DNA of 64,000 bases, from NCBI GenBank assembly GCA_963798485.1, contig CAWCTR010000023.1, positions 73,863-137,862 of the forward strand. Reading direction: 5' to 3'. The DNA comes from an uncultured delta proteobacterium (lineage in GTDB: Bacteria > Desulfobacterota > Desulfomonilia > UBA1062). The notes under the pieces are model-generated. The model was not told the origin of the DNA, searched no databases, and worked only from the letters and a program-made list of their open reading frames with translations. This document shows positions 59,014 through 64,000 of this stretch, in pieces. A program made the translations under genes and the position numbers. Every line of letters starts with the position of its first letter. Position 1 is the first letter of the stretch.

Positions 59014-61182
59014 TCACGCCTCCGCCGAAGTCTTTTCTTCTTCCGGGTGGAAGGGGACTGAAAAGATGAAGGTTGACCCTGTCCCCTTCTGGCTTTCCAC
59101 ATCGACCCACCCGTCATGGGCGTTTGCGATGTACTGGACAAGGGAGAGACCGAGGCCTGTGCCGTTGTCCTTGGTGGTGAAATAGGGATCGAATATCCTC
59201 CTGGTGATTTCAGGGGGGATACCGTATCCGGTATCCTTCACCAAGAGCAGAAAGTTGTCTTTGATCCCCATGAGGTCTATCTCCAAACTGCCTCCAGAAG
59301 GCATTGCATCCTCCGCATTCTTAATGAGGTTTATCAAAAGCTGCTTGAATTGTCCACGGTCTATCCTGATATTCGGCAGCCTTTCCGGACAGATAATGGC
59401 CGTCTCGATGTTCCTGCGCTTGAGCTCGGGCAGCAGCATCGATACTACGGTGGAAACCTCCATCTCCGGGTCTACGAGCTGTTTTTTCGGGCGCGGGAGG
59501 CGGGCATAAGACAGGTACTCGTCAGTGATCTGAGAGAGACGGTCAATCTCTTCCTTGATGATCCGAACAAGCTCAAGGCCCTCCTCGTTTTTGTCGTGCT
59601 CCTTGAGTTCGTCCTCCAGCAGTTCGGAATGGAGCAGTATCGAGGTCAAAGGGTTGCGGATCTCATGGGCCACATGGGCCGACATCTGGCCTACGGCTGC
59701 GAGTTTCTCCGCCTGTATGAGCTTCTCTGTGAGCGCCTTCTTCTCGGTGATATCCACCGCATACTGGACAACATAGTCCACCTCCCCCTTTGATCCGAAC
59801 AAGGGGATGGCGCTCATATCGAAGAAGTAGGGCTTGCCGCCGATTTCCATTCGCGTGTCCCTTTCGGTGACGATCCGGGCGCTTTTAAAGCACCTTTCCA
59901 CCAGCTTGGTGTTGCAGATGCGTTCGTTTTCGGAAAAATCAAGGGAGCAGTGCTTGTCGATCACCTCCTCCCTCTTCATACCATAGAGGTCGCACAGACG
60001 CTGGTTGATGTCGGTAATGGTGAAGGCGGCATCGATCATGGCCAGGTAATGCGGCACGCCGTTGAAGATGGTCTCCATCCGTTTATGGGCAACAAGCACC
60101 TTGTCCGCCCATATATTCCTCTCAGAGGCCCCGGCCCGGGCCCTGTTGATCTTGAGCATGATGATGGTTGCTATAAGCACGAAGCCTATGCTCACCGAGC
60201 CTAAGGTAAGGGTGTTGCGGAAGGTGCCGGACATAAGGGAGATAACTTCACTGTAAGGAGAAGTGGATATGGTTATCCACCTGCGATTGAGGAAATGAAC
60301 AGAGGAGAATGCAAGGAGCTTTTTTACCGGCTCTTTATCCGGATAGTTGGGGAAGATGAACTCATACATTCCATCATTTTTGAGTGCCATGGCATCCCTG
60401 ATGATATCAACTCCGGAAATCGTGATCCCCTGCTTCTTCAGCCCGATGATCACATCATTCAAGTTAAGCCCGATCCATTTGGGGTTTGGGTGGTAGAGCA
60501 TCATGCCTGTTTCATCCAACATCCAGACATACCCTGATTTTGATGGCCTGATGGGTGCTACATAGTGGACAGTGATATTCGACAGGTCTATGGCACAGCC
60601 GATTACACCGTGGAATTTACCATCATCGCCCTTCAAGGGGAAAGATATGATAAAGGTCTCGAAGCGTCCTGGTATGTCATAGTACTGCTCTCCCCCCACC
60701 ATAATAATGTCCGAGACATAAGGGACATTGAGCTCTTTAGCCACACGGAAGTAGGTCCTGAAGCTGAAGTCTTTCCCGTCAAGCCCCGGGAGGAGTTGTC
60801 TGGGAAAGTGGTAGCGCATGGTGCCGTTCGTATCCTCCCAGAAGACGAACACGACCTTGCTTTTCAATGAGTTGAAAACATTCTGCACCGATATCTTGAT
60901 GGACTCCGGATCTCCGTTCGAGACGCCTTTGATGTGGGCGGTGAGGCTCAGGCTGTTCGTGATATCATGCATGTACTGCTCGATGCCCATGGCTGTCTGC
61001 TGTGCCAGGAGCCCCTGCTCGCGGTTGAACTGGGCCGCCATTTCCCTCTCGACGCCGTGATAGGAATACAGGGCGAACATGATCACGAAGCCGAGAACAA
61101 TAATGGTGCCCAACCAGATAAGGATATCCCACTTCGTCTCTTTCAGATCTATGGTATGCCGCTTTGACGTGTTTTGCCTCAT
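59014..61182 (-). CDS. Sensor histidine kinase (TM-Cache-TM-PAS-HisKA-HATPase)
   Basis: D.SFRTYF Cache motif, AHEIRNPL H-box, NLIKNA, DTGYG, FTTK..GTGLGL. Confidence 0.94.
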   Translation of the reverse strand: MRQNTSKRHTIDLKETKWDILIWLGTIIVLGFVIMFALYSYHGVEREMAAQFNREQGLLAQQTAMGIEQYMHDITNSLSLTAHIKGVSNGDPESIKISVQNVFNSLKSKVVFVFWEDTNGTMRYHFPRQLLPGLDGKDFSFRTYFRVAKELNVPYVSDIIMVGGEQYYDIPGRFETFIISFPLKGDDGKFHGVIGCAIDLSNITVHYVAPIRPSKSGYVWMLDETGMMLYHPNPKWIGLNLNDVIIGLKKQGITISGVDIIRDAMALKNDGMYEFIFPNYPDKEPVKKLLAFSSVHFLNRRWITISTSPYSEVISLMSGTFRNTLTLGSVSIGFVLIATIIMLKINRARAGASERNIWADKVLVAHKRMETIFNGVPHYLAMIDAAFTITDINQRLCDLYGMKREEVIDKHCSLDFSENERICNTKLVERCFKSARIVTERDTRMEIGGKPYFFDMSAIPLFGSKGEVDYVVQYAVDITEKKALTEKLIQAEKLAAVGQMSAHVAHEIRNPLTSILLHSELLEDELKEHDKNEEGLELVRIIKEEIDRLSQITDEYLSYARLPRPKKQLVDPEMEVSTVVSMLLPELKRRNIETAIICPERLPNIRIDRGQFKQLLINLIKNAEDAMPSGGSLEIDLMGIKDNFLLLVKDTGYGIPPEITRRIFDPYFTTKDNGTGLGLSLVQYIANAHDGWVDVESQKGTGSTFIFSVPFHPEEEKTSAEA

Positions 61183-61188
61183 ACAGAA

Positions 61189-62547
61189 TCACCCCAAAAA
61201 GGTGTTTATCCCGATGTGCCGGGGCAGGGTTGAGGCCTTAAGCAACAGGTCTTCGAAGTCGAGTGCAAACAAGGGGCTGATTTCTACGGATATGCCGGGG
61301 TCTACATCCACCCCGATGCGTTTCAGCCAGGTGGTATAGAGCGCGCTCTGGAGCAGCCGGGAGCTTTCCAGGGAATCCGCACCCGCGAGGTTCTTGACCG
61401 GGGCGAACTCCTCTTCGCGCATAACCTCTAAAGTAATGCTCTTGTCCGCCAGAGGGAGCGCATCGAAGAGAAAGGCCTCGAACTTGATGCCAAGAGTCTC
61501 CATGGGTTTGTGGTCGGGCCCCCGGGCGCTGAGCATTTTCCGTGCGCGATGGAACGGCAGTCTGGTGCCCTGTGCGGTGATCTCCTCGGCGAATTCCCGC
61601 CGGATCATATGTATGGCGAGGTTCCCTGCCCAGTGGAGCATTTCGCCATCAGAACCTTGTGCATATCTCACCTCATCGCTCATATCACTGTACTCCAGCA
61701 GGGTGGTCTTGTTGCTGATCCGGGTGATCACCCCGACCTTTTCTTCATATGTCGATTTTCTGACTACCTTGGAAGACATCTGTGCGCCTGAGAGATTGTG
61801 GAGCCCGAGAAACAAGGGATCGCACACCTTTGCCAGGGGGTTATCCACCTGGAAATAGAATATTTCCTCGATGCCAAGGTCCTTCATCAGGCTTAAAGAA
61901 CCGCTTGTCCGCAATGCATTGAAGGTGCCCCCATGGCCGTCAGGGTTCATGAAGAGCCCGCCGTCTTGCCCAATGATGAACTTTCCTTCTGTTGTTACGG
62001 ATGGCAGCATCCCCTGGACGAAGAAATGCACATGATCTCGGTTCAGCCCGAAATACGCGTTATCCAGGAAGTATTCTTGTGTAGGCCTGTCATTTTCCCT
62101 GGAGGTCATGATGAACCATGGGACCTTGCACTGGAACTTTTGTTCAAGAGCAAGGATCTTTTCTGCAAAAAGCATAAAGAGGCTTTTCCCCTTCACCGGG
62201 GTCACCCCTACAACGCCCTTTGGGGCATCTATGCCCAATCGCGATCCCTGGCCGCCTGCAACAACAACTGCTGCAACCTTGCCGGAGCGCAGAAGCTCCC
62301 GGCCGGCCCGGATGTATACAAGGGCTTCCTTTGATGAGGCGAACGAAGCAGGGATGACATCCGCCGGCTCCACGCCCCCTTGAGGCGGCTCGTAGAGGCC
62401 CTCGCCCCTGATGAGCCTCTCGACGAGATCGATATCCACCCCTTCAAGATCGGTTGCGATCCGTTCCATGAAGAGGGGGTTATCCTCACTGCTTAGTAGT
62501 CTTGCGATATGGTCCTGGCCCAGTCTGTTTAGCCTTTTGACGAGCAT
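61189..62547 (-). CDS. UDPGP-family (eukaryote-type UAP-like) UDP-N-acetylhexosamine pyrophosphorylase
   Basis: AGGQGSRLG...PKG, IMTS, PDGHGG, QVDNPL, EKVG, EYSD, KFE.F.FD and EFAPVKN motifs. Confidence 0.9.
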   Translation of the reverse strand: MLVKRLNRLGQDHIARLLSSEDNPLFMERIATDLEGVDIDLVERLIRGEGLYEPPQGGVEPADVIPASFASSKEALVYIRAGRELLRSGKVAAVVVAGGQGSRLGIDAPKGVVGVTPVKGKSLFMLFAEKILALEQKFQCKVPWFIMTSRENDRPTQEYFLDNAYFGLNRDHVHFFVQGMLPSVTTEGKFIIGQDGGLFMNPDGHGGTFNALRTSGSLSLMKDLGIEEIFYFQVDNPLAKVCDPLFLGLHNLSGAQMSSKVVRKSTYEEKVGVITRISNKTTLLEYSDMSDEVRYAQGSDGEMLHWAGNLAIHMIRREFAEEITAQGTRLPFHRARKMLSARGPDHKPMETLGIKFEAFLFDALPLADKSITLEVMREEEFAPVKNLAGADSLESSRLLQSALYTTWLKRIGVDVDPGISVEISPLFALDFEDLLLKASTLPRHIGINTFLG

Positions 62548-63772
62548 CCAAGATCTCCCGTATTCTTTTTTCTACCCCTGTATCCTTAGGGGTGTACAAC
62601 GCTGCCTTAGGCAGATTTTCCGGTAAATAGTTCATTGTCAGGGCGCCTTCGGGGTCATCATGCGCATAGATGTATCCTTCCGAATAGCCGAGCTCCTTCA
62701 TGAGCCGTGTAGGGGCGTTTCTCAGGTAAAGAGGTATCTGTGGAGAACCGGTCTTCCGGATCAGGTCCGCAACCCTTTTTTCAGCCAGATAAACGGCGTT
62801 GCTCTTGGGGGCGCAGGCAAGGTATATAGCCGCCTCATAGAGTGCGATATCGCCTTCCGGGCTGCCTACGAAGGCGAAGGCATCCTTGGCGCTGGTGGCG
62901 ATGCGCAACGCATTAGGGTCTGCCATGCCGATGTCTTCACAGGCGAGGCGGATCATCCGTCTTAATATAAAGAGCCTGTCTTCGCCTGCCTCCATCATCC
63001 TGCCAAGCCAGTAGATGCTTGCGTCCACATCGCTTGCACGAACGCTCTTATGGAAGGCGCTGATGAGGTCATAATGGTTCTCGCCCGAGCGGTCGTGATA
63101 GAGCGGCCGGTCCAGGAGACCCTTCAGGTCATCGAGGTCTATCTGCTCCTTTTCGATGTTCGTAATCACAAGCTCCAGCAGATTCAATGCGGCGCGTGCA
63201 TCGCCGTCGGCCGCTTTTGCCATGGCCGCGAGGCATGCCCCCGATAGGGTCTTCTTCTGCGATTTGATAAGGGTGTCTTGGTCTACGGCACGTTTGAGGA
63301 TCTCCTCAATAACGCCCGCGCTCAAGGCCTTGAGCACGATCACCTGGGTTCTGGACATCAGAGGCGAGGTAATGGCGAACGATGGGTTCTCGGTGGTGGC
63401 GCCTATAAGAATGATATCGCCATTTTCCACAAAGGGCAGCAGCGCATCCTGCTGCACCCTGGTGAACCGGTGGATCTCATCGATAAAGACGATGGGTTTC
63501 TTTTCGCTCTGCGCTGCCGCACCGGTCACGCGACGGATCTCCTGGACGCCCCCGGTAACAGCGCTGATGGTGAAGAAGGAATCCGGATACATGCGCTCGA
63601 TGATGCTTGCCACGCTGGTCTTCCCGGAGCCTGGCGGGCCCCAGAGCATTGCCGAGCGAAGATTCCCTTTTGCATAGTCCTTAAGCAGCGTTCCGGCATC
63701 ATCCTGTCCCAGGAGGTCGTCCACGCTCGATGGTTTTACCCTGAAGGCAAGGGGGGGCAACTGTTTTGGCAT
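62486..63772 (-). CDS. rarA: Replication-associated recombination protein A
   Basis: PLA.R.KP, WGPPGSGKT, DEIHRF..QQD.LLP, ATTENPSF, HYDLISAFHKS.R.SD, EDIG.ADP and LRNAPT.LMK motifs. Confidence 0.96.
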   Translation of the reverse strand: MPKQLPPLAFRVKPSSVDDLLGQDDAGTLLKDYAKGNLRSAMLWGPPGSGKTSVASIIERMYPDSFFTISAVTGGVQEIRRVTGAAAQSEKKPIVFIDEIHRFTRVQQDALLPFVENGDIILIGATTENPSFAITSPLMSRTQVIVLKALSAGVIEEILKRAVDQDTLIKSQKKTLSGACLAAMAKAADGDARAALNLLELVITNIEKEQIDLDDLKGLLDRPLYHDRSGENHYDLISAFHKSVRASDVDASIYWLGRMMEAGEDRLFILRRMIRLACEDIGMADPNALRIATSAKDAFAFVGSPEGDIALYEAAIYLACAPKSNAVYLAEKRVADLIRKTGSPQIPLYLRNAPTRLMKELGYSEGYIYAHDDPEGALTMNYLPENLPKAALYTPKDTGVEKRIREILDARQKAKQTGPGPYRKTTKQ

Positions 63773-63924
63773 ACAGTGATATATAGCATAAAATCGTTCA
63801 TGAAAGGAAAAAGAGAAAACTTTTATTTTTATACAGAGGCTTAGATCCTTATATTTTGTACCATATGCCTGACACCTTATGCCTTGACAAACCTTCGCCA
63901 TTGATTGTAGAAAGCTCGATGTGA

Positions 63925-64000
<76 letters not shown>

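Overview
Bacterial chromosomal segment. Gene content and protein styles suggest Desulfobacterota/'Deltaproteobacteria' (inference). It is mostly housekeeping genes: xerC/D-like 5' part, thiolase, rsmA, tsaD, pyrE, purB, metG, ricT/PSP1, glgC, rimO, kdsD, ssb, rph, rdgB, rtcB, rplY, greA, rmuC, ftsEX-envC-ctpA, a NusG paralog, hflX, serS, rarA, tRNA-Ser(UGA) and initiator tRNA-fMet. There are two accessory-looking blocks. (1) About 17.4-23.4 kb, visibly AT-richer in its distal part: an isochorismatase, a LarA-family protein and a ~1090-aa secreted DUF4038 protein with a 669-bp internal tandem duplication; two of these genes share a 19-20 bp upstream motif. (2) An islet downstream of tRNA-Ser: REP-like elements, an orphan higA with a truncated higB, a C5-methyltransferase-Vsr-HNH restriction-modification operon whose nuclease has a tandemly duplicated N-terminal domain, a frameshifted DUF362 gene, an ABC exporter and cls. 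Other notable signals are a probable AUU start codon for hflX, a split archease upstream of rtcB, several leaderless-type promoters, two consensus sigma54 promoters, tandem operator-like repeats upstream of ssb, and a kinase-periplasmic protein-sigma54 regulator trio in one run with a eukaryote-type UDP-GlcNAc pyrophosphorylase. I saw no CRISPR array, rRNA or intact transposase. Product calls come from motif recognition only; no database searches were run.
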